A stretch of DNA of 64,000 nucleotides, taken from assembly GCA_019912385.1 (NCBI GenBank), contig JAIOIW010000082.1, forward strand, positions 3,515-67,514, in the 5' to 3' direction. Below the pieces are notes generated by a model. The model was not told the origin of the DNA, made no database searches, and saw nothing but the letters and a program-made list of their open reading frames with translations. The translations under genes were made by a program, and so were the position numbers. Below are positions 1 through 9,122 of this stretch, one piece after another (within the stretch, counting starts at the first letter, position 1; each line of letters opens with the position of its first letter). This stretch comes from Notoacmeibacter sp. GTDB taxonomy: Bacteria; Pseudomonadota; Alphaproteobacteria; Rhizobiales; Rhizobiaceae.

Positions 1-352
1 ACGGTCGGCCTTCCGCTGGTCCCTGCACCGATCGTCCAGTTGCCGCAGATCGAATTATTGATGGCAATTTTTCAACCGTTATACCGTTGTTTTCATTGAA
101 TTCTTATACGTTTGTGAAAAACTGCCCGCGCAATTGCGCGATGTATTTTTTGAACCGTTAACCCTGCTCGCAAACAGCTCAAAAAATGGCTTGCCGCGCT
201 GAAAAATGCCGGGCAACGTAAAATGTGTGCTGGGGTGGTCCCGGCACGTCAGGACGCCGCAATAGCTTTGGCGAGCGAAAGCGGCCGCAGCCACGATTGG
301 CGTCGTAGCTGCAGCCTGGCCATCATCAACTCCTGGCTAAGAGGAGTCTCAA

Positions 353-442
353 ATGGTTGTTCAGACCATGCTTGGGCGCGTCCGCGCCGTCAACGCCCAT
401 CCGCTGGGTATCTCCCACAAAATATCAGATGGAGGCGCCTGA
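353..442 (+). CDS. Small hypothetical ORF (29 aa, MVVQTMLGRVRAVNAHPLGISHKISDGGA)
   Basis: ATG at 353 lies 6 nt after the SD-like AAGAGGAG (339-346). Its TGA stop (440-442) overlaps the ATG of the next ORF as TGATG. It is below the 60-aa cut-off of the ORF track. Confidence 0.3.
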   Translation: MVVQTMLGRVRAVNAHPLGISHKISDGGA

Positions 443-786
443 TGCGGTTCCTCCATGCAATCATCGACGGCCATGGTTTCGTTCATGTCGGCTCTGGCCG
501 CTCGCCGGATGGCGTCCGACGCAAGCTGAGCGCGGACACCGGAACGGCGGTCATCGCCTATATCGCGCTGGCGACGGATATCTCTCCGACGCAGACGCTC
601 ATGCATCTCCGCCGCAAATTCGCCGCGCATATGATTGGGCGCGACGTCTTCGATGTGCCGGCATCGGAGATCACGCGCGAAATCTGGTGGCGCATGCTGC
701 TGCTTCCGAAAATCGGGAAGATCTGGTCCAAGCCGCGCCACCTCGCCAGAAGGGCACTCTGGACAGTCCGGAAGCGGGCTGCCTGA
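442..786 (+). CDS. Hypothetical protein (114 aa); possible degenerate GIY-YIG/T5orf172-like fold
   Basis: ATG at 442 lies 6 nt after GGAGG (431-435), in the frame of track ORF 223-786. Third codon positions are GC-rich. The pattern GFVHVG...RRKL...TLMHLRRKF...GRDVFDV resembles T5orf172/GIY-YIG motifs by eye only. Confidence 0.5.
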   Translation: MRFLHAIIDGHGFVHVGSGRSPDGVRRKLSADTGTAVIAYIALATDISPTQTLMHLRRKFAAHMIGRDVFDVPASEITREIWWRMLLLPKIGKIWSKPRHLARRALWTVRKRAA

Positions 787-790
787 GGCA

Positions 791-824
791 AAAGCGAAGG
801 CGGCGAATTCGCCGCCTTCGCTTT
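791..824 (+). terminator. Perfect 34-nt palindrome (AAAGCGAAGGCGGCGAATTCGCCGCCTTCGCTTT) just after the 114-aa ORF
   Basis: The palindrome reads identically on both strands, centred on GAATTC. It starts 5 nt after the stop at 786 and is followed by a T-containing tract. Confidence 0.5.
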
Positions 825-1173
825 GATCATTTGGAGGTTCACCGCCACCAATTCTTAGCGCCATCTGGACCTCGGTCAATGTCGATACCTGAAGAGGAGC
901 ACCGGCTTCTCCAACGTCAACAGAACAAGCAGTTTCCAAAGCACTCCGTCTGGCCCGCACCTGTGGGACACACAGTGCCCTCCCCTATTTGGGACCCTAC
1001 CCGTGGGCTCGCCGCATCGGTCCGAGATAGGGACAGCATTGCGATCCAACATCGTGTCGTGCAGACTGCTGATCTTGGTACCGAGTCGGCGTAGGCTTCC
1101 ATGTTGCACGGGCGCATTCATCGAATTACTTGCCTGAATACGTTGCTCGCTCGCACAAGCCAATGGAGAGCCA

Positions 1174-3396
1174 GTGTTCTACGCACATTCAGCCGAGCGC
1201 CTGCCGCAAGGCGAATGGCAACCTCTCCGGGAGCATCTTGTCGGTGTCGGGTCGCTAGCCGAGCTTTTCGGGAACACATTTGGCGTCGGAAAGGCAGCAC
1301 GACTTGCCGGGCTGCTTCATGACGTCGGTAAGTATACGGTACCGTTTCAGGCCCGCCTCCAGGGAGGCGAACCAGTCGATCACTCGACCGCTGGTGCTCT
1401 CATCATTCGCGAACTTGCGTCCGACCCGCGTGATAGGATTGCAGCCGAACTGATCGCCTATGCGATCGCCGGCCACCACGCCGGTATGCCCGACCGCATC
1501 GGGGCTAGCGGCTCGCTCGCCGAACGACTGAAGAAAACACTCGACCCTCTTGCTCCGCGGTGGCGTGACGAGATTGCGCCGGACACGAGAGGCATCATGC
1601 CGGAATTCAGGCTGCTCGAAGAGAAGGCCGCCTTTCAACTCTCTTTTCTCGGGCGGATGATTTTCTCCTGCCTCGTGGACGCTGATTTCCGCGATACGGA
1701 GGCATACTACGACCGGATCGAAGGGCGGCAGCGAGAACGCGAATGGCGGGCACTCGGGTCGATCGTTTGCGAAATCGCAGCCCGCTTCGATGCCTATATG
1801 GCCAAAAAGCAGGCTGGCTGCGCGCAAAACATGGTCAACGCTCTGCGCAGCGATGTCCTGGCCTATATCAGGGCGAAGGCGGGCGAGCCGACCGGCCTGT
1901 TCACGCTTACGGTACCGACAGGCGGCGGCAAGACGCTCGCTTCACTCGGCTTCGCGCTCGATCATGCGCGGCGGCACAGTCTCGAACGCATCATCTACGC
2001 AATACCCTTCACCTCGATCATCGACCAGACGGCAGCAATCTTCCGTGATGTTCTCGGCGATGACATCGTGCTGGAGCACCATTCAGCGATCGATGAAGAT
2101 TCCTTCGGGAGGCGCGAAGGTGCCGACAAGCTGAAACTTGCCATGGAGGATTGGGCAGCGCCGATCATCGTCACCACCAATGTGCAACTCTTCGAAAGTC
2201 TGTTTTCGAACCGCCCGTCGCGTTGTCGGAAACTGCACAATATCGCGCGCAGCGTCATCGTGTTGGACGAGGCGCAGACGATTCCACTGCCCGTTCTCAG
2301 GCCCTGTGTCGCCGCCCTGGATGAGCTTGCGCGCAACTACGGCACATCAATTGTGCTGTGCACTGCAACCCAGCCGGCACTCGCCGCGCCGAAATTCGAC
2401 GGCGGACTTGCGCTCGCGGGTCGCGAGCTTGCTCCCGATCCGGCGCAACTGGCAAGGAAGCTCGGGCGGGTGACGATCCGCAGGGAAGGGCCGATCGACG
2501 ACGAGGGTCTCGTGGAAGCGCTTTCTCGGGTTCGCCAAGGGCTCGTCATAATCAACAGCCGCGCCCATGCACTTTCGCTCTACCGGCGCGCCAAAGAAGC
2601 CGGACTCGAAGGCGCCGTGCATCTGACGACCCGCCAATATGCCGCGCATCGCCGCAAAATCCTGGCCGGAGTCCGCGCTGCGCTGACGGGCGGCCGCCCC
2701 TGCCGGCTGATTGCCACTTCTCTGGTCGAGGCTGGCGTCGATCTCGACTTTCCGCGTGTATGGCGGGCCGAAGCCGGGCTCGACCAGATCGCCCAAGCCG
2801 CAGGCCGCTGTAACCGTGAGGGGAAGCGCTCGATCAAGGAGAGCATTGTCACCGTATTCGAGACGCCCGACAATCCGCCGCCGCCCGAAATCCGCCAGCT
2901 TGCCGGCGACTTCGCGCGCATGGAGGGCAAGCACGACGATCTCCTCTCTCCAGCCGCCATCCAAGCCTATTTCGACGAGGTCTATTGGCGCAAGGGTGAA
3001 CGGCTCGACGCGAAGAAGGTACTCGACAAGTTTAGATTGAACGGCGCAGAGACGGATTTCGCTTACAGGACGGTTGCCGAGGAATTCCGCCTGATCGAGA
3101 GCGGCATGGCGCCGGTGATTGTTCCGGGCGACAAGAGAGCCAGGGCAGCAGTTCAAAAGCTTGGGCTCGAAAATATTCCCTCCGGCGCAATCGCTCGCAC
3201 CCTGCAGCCCTACACCGTGCAGGTACCGCCCAAGGCGCGGATGCGTTTGGTCGCGAACGGCCATGTCGCCTTTGCAGAGGAGAAACTCCGCGCCGATCAG
3301 TTCGCCGTGCTGCGCACGGAAAGCCTATACAAGCCCGAAACGGGGCTGATCTGGGAGGACGCAGAATATCTCGGATTGGAGCAGTGGATGATTTGA
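1174..3396 (+). CDS. cas3: Cas3 HD nuclease/helicase (type I)
   Basis: 740-aa ORF with an N-terminal HD domain (LLHDVGKY, IAGHHAG) followed by helicase motifs (VPTGGGKT, VLDEAQ). GTG start sits after GGAGAG. It is the first gene of a canonical I-C operon. Confidence 0.95.
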   Translation: MFYAHSAERLPQGEWQPLREHLVGVGSLAELFGNTFGVGKAARLAGLLHDVGKYTVPFQARLQGGEPVDHSTAGALIIRELASDPRDRIAAELIAYAIAGHHAGMPDRIGASGSLAERLKKTLDPLAPRWRDEIAPDTRGIMPEFRLLEEKAAFQLSFLGRMIFSCLVDADFRDTEAYYDRIEGRQREREWRALGSIVCEIAARFDAYMAKKQAGCAQNMVNALRSDVLAYIRAKAGEPTGLFTLTVPTGGGKTLASLGFALDHARRHSLERIIYAIPFTSIIDQTAAIFRDVLGDDIVLEHHSAIDEDSFGRREGADKLKLAMEDWAAPIIVTTNVQLFESLFSNRPSRCRKLHNIARSVIVLDEAQTIPLPVLRPCVAALDELARNYGTSIVLCTATQPALAAPKFDGGLALAGRELAPDPAQLARKLGRVTIRREGPIDDEGLVEALSRVRQGLVIINSRAHALSLYRRAKEAGLEGAVHLTTRQYAAHRRKILAGVRAALTGGRPCRLIATSLVEAGVDLDFPRVWRAEAGLDQIAQAAGRCNREGKRSIKESIVTVFETPDNPPPPEIRQLAGDFARMEGKHDDLLSPAAIQAYFDEVYWRKGERLDAKKVLDKFRLNGAETDFAYRTVAEEFRLIESGMAPVIVPGDKRARAAVQKLGLENIPSGAIARTLQPYTVQVPPKARMRLVANGHVAFAEEKLRADQFAVLRTESLYKPETGLIWEDAEYLGLEQWMI

Positions 3397-3513
3397 TATC
3401 TGATAGAAATCAAAGGCGTGCTGTGGCCGAAAAAGTACTTGAACATTTGTTCTTTCTATGTTCTTTTTGATTCAATCGCTTATTACAATTTCAATGCTTT
3501 CGTTGTTCGGGGT
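3397..3513 (+). promoter_or_regulatory. AT-rich cas3-cas5 intergenic spacer; possible internal promoter or silencer target for the Cascade genes
   Basis: This 117-bp tract is markedly AT-rich compared with its high-GC flanks. All other cas junctions overlap by 4 nt or similar. Confidence 0.25.
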
Positions 3514-4194
3514 ATGGGGGTAAGCTTGACTTACGGCATCCGACTTCGCGTCTCAGGCAAGTATGCCTGTTTCACTCGCCCGGAAATGAAGGTCGAGCGT
3601 GTCTCATACGACGTGATGACGCCGTCGGCGGCGCGCGGCATCCTGGAGGCGATCCACTGGAAGCCGGCGATCCGCTGGGTCGTGGATGAAATCCATGTGC
3701 TCAAAGCCATTCGCTTTCAGTCGATCCGCCGCAACGAGGTCGGTCACAAGGGATCGACGCGCAATATCAAGACCGCCATGAACCGCGGCAGCCTCGAAGG
3801 GCTTTCGCTACTCGTCGACGAGGACCGCCAGCAACGTGCGGCGACCGTGCTCGTCGATGTCGACTATGTCGTCGCCGCGCATTTCGAGATGACGGATAAG
3901 GCCACCGGGGACGACAACGAGGGGAAGCATCTCGACATCTTCAACCGCCGCGCGGCGCGCGGCCAGTGCTTTCACCAGCCTTGTCTCGGCACGCGGGAGT
4001 TCGATGCGCGCTTTGAGTTGATTCCACCGGACGAGCCGTTGCCGAAAGCGATCGACGAAAGCCGCGACCTCGGCTTCATGCTCTTCGACATTGATCATCA
4101 GGCCGAAGGCCGGCCGTCGCTCTTCTTTCGCGCGCAGCTTGAGAACGGCGTGGTGAAGGTGCCCCATCCGAGTTCGCCGGAGATCCGCCGATGA
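3514..4194 (+). CDS. cas5: Cas5 (Cas5c/Cas5d, type I-C pre-crRNA endoribonuclease)
   Basis: In-frame ATG at 3514 gives MGVSLTYGIRLRVSGKYACFTRPEMKVERVSYDVMTPSAARGILEAIHWKP, a Cas5d-type N-terminus. The stop overlaps the cas8c ATG (ATGA). Confidence 0.9.
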   Translation: MGVSLTYGIRLRVSGKYACFTRPEMKVERVSYDVMTPSAARGILEAIHWKPAIRWVVDEIHVLKAIRFQSIRRNEVGHKGSTRNIKTAMNRGSLEGLSLLVDEDRQQRAATVLVDVDYVVAAHFEMTDKATGDDNEGKHLDIFNRRAARGQCFHQPCLGTREFDARFELIPPDEPLPKAIDESRDLGFMLFDIDHQAEGRPSLFFRAQLENGVVKVPHPSSPEIRR

Positions 4195-5966
4195 GCATCC
4201 TCGCTTCGCTCGTGAAGGCGTATGAGCGGCTGCCCGATGCGCCGCCGTTCGGATATGCGCGAACGGAGGTCGGCTATTGTGTCGTGCTCCGACCGGATGG
4301 AACTATCGCCTTTGATCCCATTGATCTTCGAACAGATGGAGGCCGCAGAAAAACTGGCCCGAAGAAGGACTTGCCAACGCCTCTCGTCCAAAGGACTTCG
4401 GGGATACGGCCGAACTTTCTCTGGGACAAGACCGCCTATTCGTTGGGCGTTACGGCGGGAAACGGGAATCGCACGGCCAAGGAACACGCCGAATTCGTGC
4501 AATTCCACAAGACTGTGCTAGCTGATACGGCTGACCTTGGGCTCGTTGCGTTCAGAAATTTCGTTCAACGATGGCAGCCGGCGCAATTCGAAAGTGCCGG
4601 GTGGCCGGACGAAATTAAGGACTCCAATATCATTTTTGCTCTGGAGGGCGAACACCGTGATCGTTTCATTCACGAACGGGACGCCGCCAGGGCATTATGG
4701 CTAGATATCCTGCTTCGCGACGACGCTACTTGTGCGACATGCCTTGTTTCCGGAAATCGGGAGCGGATTGCCCGCTCGCATCCGCCAATAAAGGGCGTCG
4801 ATAAGGCGCAGTCCTCAGGCGCGTTCATCATCTCATTTAACGACGATGCCTATGAGTCATACGGCCACGAACAGGGCGACAACGCGCCGGTATCGGAAGC
4901 ATCAGCCTTCGCCTACACTACCGCGCTCAACCGTTTCCTCGGGAAGGATTCCGGCCATCGCCTTCAGATCGGCGATGCCTCGACCGTCTTCTGGGCTGAT
5001 GGATCAGGTGCAGAGACAGCGGAGACGGTCTTCTCCGTCCTTTTCGGCGCCGACGATCAAAGCGTCGACGAGACGTCGGAAGCGCGGAAGGTGGGTACCG
5101 TGCTCGAAAAGATTCGCATGGGGCTGCCCTTAAACGAGGCCGCCCCCGATCTCGCGAAAGGCGTGCGCTTCTACGTGCTCGGCCTTGCGCCTAATGCTGC
5201 CCGTCTTTCGATCCGCTTCTGGATGGAGAACGATTTCGGCACGCTCATCCGCAACTATCAGCGCTTTCTCGCCGATATGCGGATCGAGCCCGGCCCGCGC
5301 GACGGCGATCCGCCGCTTTGGCGCTACCTCATAGAAACGGCCGCCCAGGGCAAACGTGAAAACGTTCCGCCCAATCTCGCCGGCGAATGGATGCGCGCGA
5401 TCCTCTCTGGCACACCCTATCCGCTGACGCTGCTTTCGACCATCCTTATGCGGATGCGGGCGGACAAGGCCGGCCGGACCCGGGATTCCTTGGCCTTGCG
5501 CGCGGCCATGATGAAGGCGGTGCTCGTACGTAATTTCAAGATGGAAAAGGAGGCTCCGGTGGCGCTCGATCCCGAAAACACCAACAAGGGCTATCTGCTG
5601 GGGCGGTTGTTCGCCGCCTATGAGCATGTGCAGTCCGCCGCGCTTGGGCACAATGTCAATGCGACGATCAAGGACAAGTTCTACGGCGCGGCTTCCGCGC
5701 AGCCGCGCAAGGTATTCGCGATGCTGGAGAGCGGCTCGGCCAACCATCTCTCCAAGGTCGGCAAGCAGTCGCCGGGCTACCGGGTGACGCTCGAAAGGAT
5801 GATCGGCGACATCATGGGTCGGATGTCTCCCGATGACGATCCATTTCCGGCGTCGCTTTCAAGCGAGCAGCAGGCGCTGTTCGGGCTCGGCTACTACCAC
5901 CAGCGCAGCGAATTCTTCAAACCCCGCAGGAACGAGCCCGCCGACACTGAGGAGGCAACCCGATGA
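4191..5966 (+). CDS. cas8c: Cas8c (Csd1) large Cascade subunit, type I-C
   Basis: 591-aa ORF sitting between cas5 and cas7 in the I-C order, with ATGA overlaps at both ends. Confidence 0.9.
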   Translation: MSILASLVKAYERLPDAPPFGYARTEVGYCVVLRPDGTIAFDPIDLRTDGGRRKTGPKKDLPTPLVQRTSGIRPNFLWDKTAYSLGVTAGNGNRTAKEHAEFVQFHKTVLADTADLGLVAFRNFVQRWQPAQFESAGWPDEIKDSNIIFALEGEHRDRFIHERDAARALWLDILLRDDATCATCLVSGNRERIARSHPPIKGVDKAQSSGAFIISFNDDAYESYGHEQGDNAPVSEASAFAYTTALNRFLGKDSGHRLQIGDASTVFWADGSGAETAETVFSVLFGADDQSVDETSEARKVGTVLEKIRMGLPLNEAAPDLAKGVRFYVLGLAPNAARLSIRFWMENDFGTLIRNYQRFLADMRIEPGPRDGDPPLWRYLIETAAQGKRENVPPNLAGEWMRAILSGTPYPLTLLSTILMRMRADKAGRTRDSLALRAAMMKAVLVRNFKMEKEAPVALDPENTNKGYLLGRLFAAYEHVQSAALGHNVNATIKDKFYGAASAQPRKVFAMLESGSANHLSKVGKQSPGYRVTLERMIGDIMGRMSPDDDPFPASLSSEQQALFGLGYYHQRSEFFKPRRNEPADTEEATR

Positions 5967-6916
5967 CCATGATCGCCAATCGCTATGATTTCGTCCTTTT
6001 GTTCGACGTTGCCAATGGCAATCCGAACGGTGACCCCGATGCCGGCAACCTGCCGCGACTCGACCCCGAAACCAATCACGGCCTCGTCACGGACGTGAGC
6101 TTGAAGCGCAAGGTGCGCAACTATCTCGAATTCGCGCGAGACGGCGTTCCCGGTTCCGCAATCTATGTCCAGGAAGGCGCAATCCTGAACGAAAAGCACA
6201 GGGAGGCCTACAAGGCGATCCGCCCGGATGATGCCAAGATCGGCAAGGAAGCGAAACTCAACCCGAGGGACGACGCCGAGGCTGTCAAGCTGAAGGATTT
6301 CATGTGCGCCAATTTCTTCGATGTGCGCACTTTCGGCGCGGTCATGTCCACCAACATCAATTGCGGTCAGGTACGTGGGCCCGTGCAGATGACCTTCGCC
6401 CATTCTGTCGAGCCCATAGTACCACTCGAAATTTCCATCACCCGTATGGCCGCGACGAGCGAAAAGGAAAAGGTGGAGCGTCAGGCCGGCGACGACAACA
6501 ACGAGCGCACGGACAACCGCACCATGGGCCGCAAGCATATCGTGCCCTATGGGCTTTACCGCTCCCACGGCTTCGTTTCCGCCAAGCTAGCCGAGCGCAC
6601 GGGCTTTTCCGAGGATGATCTGGCACTTCTGCGTGAGGCACTCGTATCCATGTTCGAGCACGACCGGTCGGCCGCCCGTGGCGAAATGGCGTCGCGCAAG
6701 ATTATCGCGTTCAAGCATCAGAACGCGCTGGGCAACGCGCCAGCGCACACGCTTTTCGATCGCGTCAAGGTGGGCCGCAATATTGATGGTGAGTTCCGGG
6801 AGGTCGACGACAAGGGCATAGAGAACCTGCCTCCGGCCCGCAAATTCGCTGACTATATCGTCGAGATCGACCGCGCGGGCCTGCCCGACGGTGTCGAAAT
6901 ACAGGAGTGGCTGTAG
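5963..6916 (+). CDS. cas7: Cas7 (Csd2) Cascade backbone subunit, type I-C
   Basis: 317 aa with a Csd2-type N-terminus, NRYDFVLLFDVANGNPNGDPDAGNLPR. Confidence 0.9.
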   Translation: MTMIANRYDFVLLFDVANGNPNGDPDAGNLPRLDPETNHGLVTDVSLKRKVRNYLEFARDGVPGSAIYVQEGAILNEKHREAYKAIRPDDAKIGKEAKLNPRDDAEAVKLKDFMCANFFDVRTFGAVMSTNINCGQVRGPVQMTFAHSVEPIVPLEISITRMAATSEKEKVERQAGDDNNERTDNRTMGRKHIVPYGLYRSHGFVSAKLAERTGFSEDDLALLREALVSMFEHDRSAARGEMASRKIIAFKHQNALGNAPAHTLFDRVKVGRNIDGEFREVDDKGIENLPPARKFADYIVEIDRAGLPDGVEIQEWL

Positions 6917-7596
6917 GCCCGGTCATGCACAGCGACGAGGCGGTGCCGACCGATGAACGTGAGAGCGACCCGATCCCGCTTTCGGCGCTGCAGCACGCCG
7001 TCTACTGTCTGCGCCAGGCCGCGCTCATCCATCTGGAGCGCATGTGGGCGGAAAACCGCTTCACGGCCGAAGGCCACGTGCTGCACGTCGCCGCCGACAA
7101 ACCCGCGCAGCGCAAGGTGCGCGGCATCAGGCGGGTGGCGGCCCTGCCGCTCGCCTCGAAGCGGCTCGGCATTGCCGGCATTGCCGACCTCGTCGAATTT
7201 CACGGCGACGGCCAGGTTCCCTTTCCCATCGAAATGAAACGCGGCAAGCCGAAGCTGCACCGTGCCGACGAGGTGCAGCTTTGCGCGCAGGCGCTGTGCC
7301 TGGAGGAGATGACGGGACGGGACGTGCCGGAAGGCGCGCTCTACTACGCCGAGACGAAGCGCCGGCTCGTCGTTCCGTTCGACGAGGGATTGCGGCGGCT
7401 GACGGAAGAGACCGCCGCGAAGTTGCGCGAGATATTCAGCACGTTTCAGACGCCGCCGGCCACCTTTCGCGCCGACCGCTGCCGTGCCTGTTCGCTCCTT
7501 GAGCTGTGCCGGCCGAAGGCCTCGGCAAAGCTGGCCCGTCAGTGGCGCGACAGGATGGTCCAGGCGGCGCTGGCCGAGGAGGAGAGCGCAATGTGA
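6907..7596 (+). CDS. cas4: Cas4 RecB-like exonuclease with Fe-S cysteines
   Basis: 229 aa with an N-terminal Cys (AVYCLRQA) and a C-terminal CRACSLLELC cluster. The start is ambiguous: GTG 6907 or ATG 6925. Confidence 0.88.
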   Translation: MAVGPVMHSDEAVPTDERESDPIPLSALQHAVYCLRQAALIHLERMWAENRFTAEGHVLHVAADKPAQRKVRGIRRVAALPLASKRLGIAGIADLVEFHGDGQVPFPIEMKRGKPKLHRADEVQLCAQALCLEEMTGRDVPEGALYYAETKRRLVVPFDEGLRRLTEETAAKLREIFSTFQTPPATFRADRCRACSLLELCRPKASAKLARQWRDRMVQAALAEEESAM

Positions 7597-8627
7597 AGAA
7601 GCTGCTCAATACCGTCTATGTCACGACCGAGGGGGCGTCGCTGCGCAAAGACGGCGAGAACCTCGTCGCCGAAGTGGAAGGTGCCGAGAGCGCGCGCGTC
7701 CCTTTTCACATGCTCGCATCGGTCGTCGCCTTCGGCCCCATCTACATTTCTCCGCCGCTCATCCAGGCTTGCGCCGCAGCGGGGATCACGATCGTGCTAC
7801 TCGACCGGGTCGGCCGCTTCCAGGCCCGCGTGGAGGGGCCGGTCGCGGGCAATGTCCTGCTTCGGCGATCTCAATACAGTGCCTCGGACAATCCCGACGA
7901 AATCGTTCGCAGCCTCGTCACCGGCAAGATATCCAACCAGCGCGCGGTCCTGATGCGCGCGCGCAGGGACTACGGTGACGATTTTTCGCCGGAGGCCCAT
8001 GCCGAGATATCCGCCGCGGTCGAACGAATGGCGCGGATACTGCGCCGCGTCGGCTTGGGCAATGAGCCCGCCGAGTTCCTCCGCGGCGAAGAGGGCGAGG
8101 CCGCCAATCTCTATTTCCGGGTGTTCGGAGAACTCATCCGCTCGCCGGATGACAGCTTGAGCTTTCGCGGCCGGTCGCGGCGGCCGCCCCTTGATCCCAT
8201 GAATGCTTTACTCTCGTTTCTTTACACGCTGCTCACCCACGATTGCCGGAGCGCCGCCGAGAGCGTGGGCCTCGATCCGGCGGTAGGCTTTCTGCATCGC
8301 GACCGGCCGGGACGCCCGAGCCTCGCGCTCGACCTGATGGAGGAGTTGCGCCCTGTCTTCGCCGATCGTCTCGCCCTTTCGCTGGTGAACCGGCGCCAAC
8401 TCCGCGAGAAGGACTTCGAGCGCCGCGACGGAGGCGCCGTCTTCCTCAACGCCGAGGGGCGCAGAACGGTGCTTGCCGCATGGCAGGAGCGAAAGAAGGA
8501 AGAACGGCGCCATGCCTTCCTTGAAGAGTCCGCCCCGCTTGGGCTGGTTCCCCATCTGCAGGCGCAGCTGCTCGCCCGTCATCTCCGCGGCGATCTCAAT
8601 GCCTATCCGCCTTGGTTCTGGAAATAG
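7593..8627 (+). CDS. cas1: Cas1 integrase
   Basis: GTG at 7593 overlaps the cas4 stop (ATGTGA) and gives [24 protein letters not shown]. The upstream part of track ORF 7506-8627 overlaps cas4 and is Gly/Arg-rich, so it is unlikely to be translated. Confidence 0.93.
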   Translation: MKKLLNTVYVTTEGASLRKDGENLVAEVEGAESARVPFHMLASVVAFGPIYISPPLIQACAAAGITIVLLDRVGRFQARVEGPVAGNVLLRRSQYSASDNPDEIVRSLVTGKISNQRAVLMRARRDYGDDFSPEAHAEISAAVERMARILRRVGLGNEPAEFLRGEEGEAANLYFRVFGELIRSPDDSLSFRGRSRRPPLDPMNALLSFLYTLLTHDCRSAAESVGLDPAVGFLHRDRPGRPSLALDLMEELRPVFADRLALSLVNRRQLREKDFERRDGGAVFLNAEGRRTVLAAWQERKKEERRHAFLEESAPLGLVPHLQAQLLARHLRGDLNAYPPWFWK

Positions 8628-8638
8628 GGGTAGCCGGA

Positions 8639-8929
8639 ATGATGGTGCTGGTGACCTATGACGTGAGTACGACGGAAGCCGGCGGCGCAAGGCGACTTCG
8701 GCGCGTGGCCAAGGCGTGCCGCGACTTCGGCCAACGCGTCCAATACTCTGTCTTCGAGGTTGAAGTCGACCCTGCGCAATGGACCTTGCTCAAGAGCCGC
8801 CTGGAAGCCATCATCGATCCGAGCCATGACAGCCTGCGGTACTATCATCTTGGCGCAAACTGGCGGCGGCGCGTCGAGCATGTCGGCGCCAAACCGGCGG
8901 CTGATTTGGGCGGAACGCTCATAGTATGA
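8639..8929 (+). CDS. cas2: Cas2
   Basis: 96 aa from ATG 8639 with a typical Cas2 N-terminus, [25 protein letters not shown]...VQYSVFEV. Confidence 0.9.
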   Translation: MMVLVTYDVSTTEAGGARRLRRVAKACRDFGQRVQYSVFEVEVDPAQWTLLKSRLEAIIDPSHDSLRYYHLGANWRRRVEHVGAKPAADLGGTLIV

Positions 8930-9122
8930 TGTGCTTGCCCGGCGGCGCGAACCCGAAGCGTGCCGCCGATTGGCGTAGGGTTCGCGCTCCGCCCAGTTCT
9001 TTGAAATCGTGAAAGAATCGCATTTCTGCTTGGCTCGATGCGTTCAGAAAACGCCTGCGCGTCGCCGGTTCGCGCCGCAATGCGGCTTTCATGATCAACT
9101 TCAAGATGTTATCGCAACGGGG
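8930..9122 (+). promoter_or_regulatory. CRISPR leader
   Basis: 193 bp between the cas2 stop and the first repeat. The degenerate repeat lies at the far end of the array, which is consistent with this being the leader side. Confidence 0.5.

Noticed and set aside
1-100. Possible gene end or start at the left window edge (frame-1 open to about 99)
   Set aside because: Only about 30 codons are visible, with no recognisable motif in any frame, so it cannot be supported.
357-1163. ORFs 357-1094 (+), 361-960 (-) and 876-1163 (-) upstream of cas3
   Set aside because: They overlap each other and the better-supported 442-786 frame, which has an SD, coupling and GC3 bias. Their composition is Arg/Pro-rich. 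The imperfect hairpin at 983-1032 (CCCTATTTGGGACC / GGTCCGAGATAGGG) is noted but is too weak to call.
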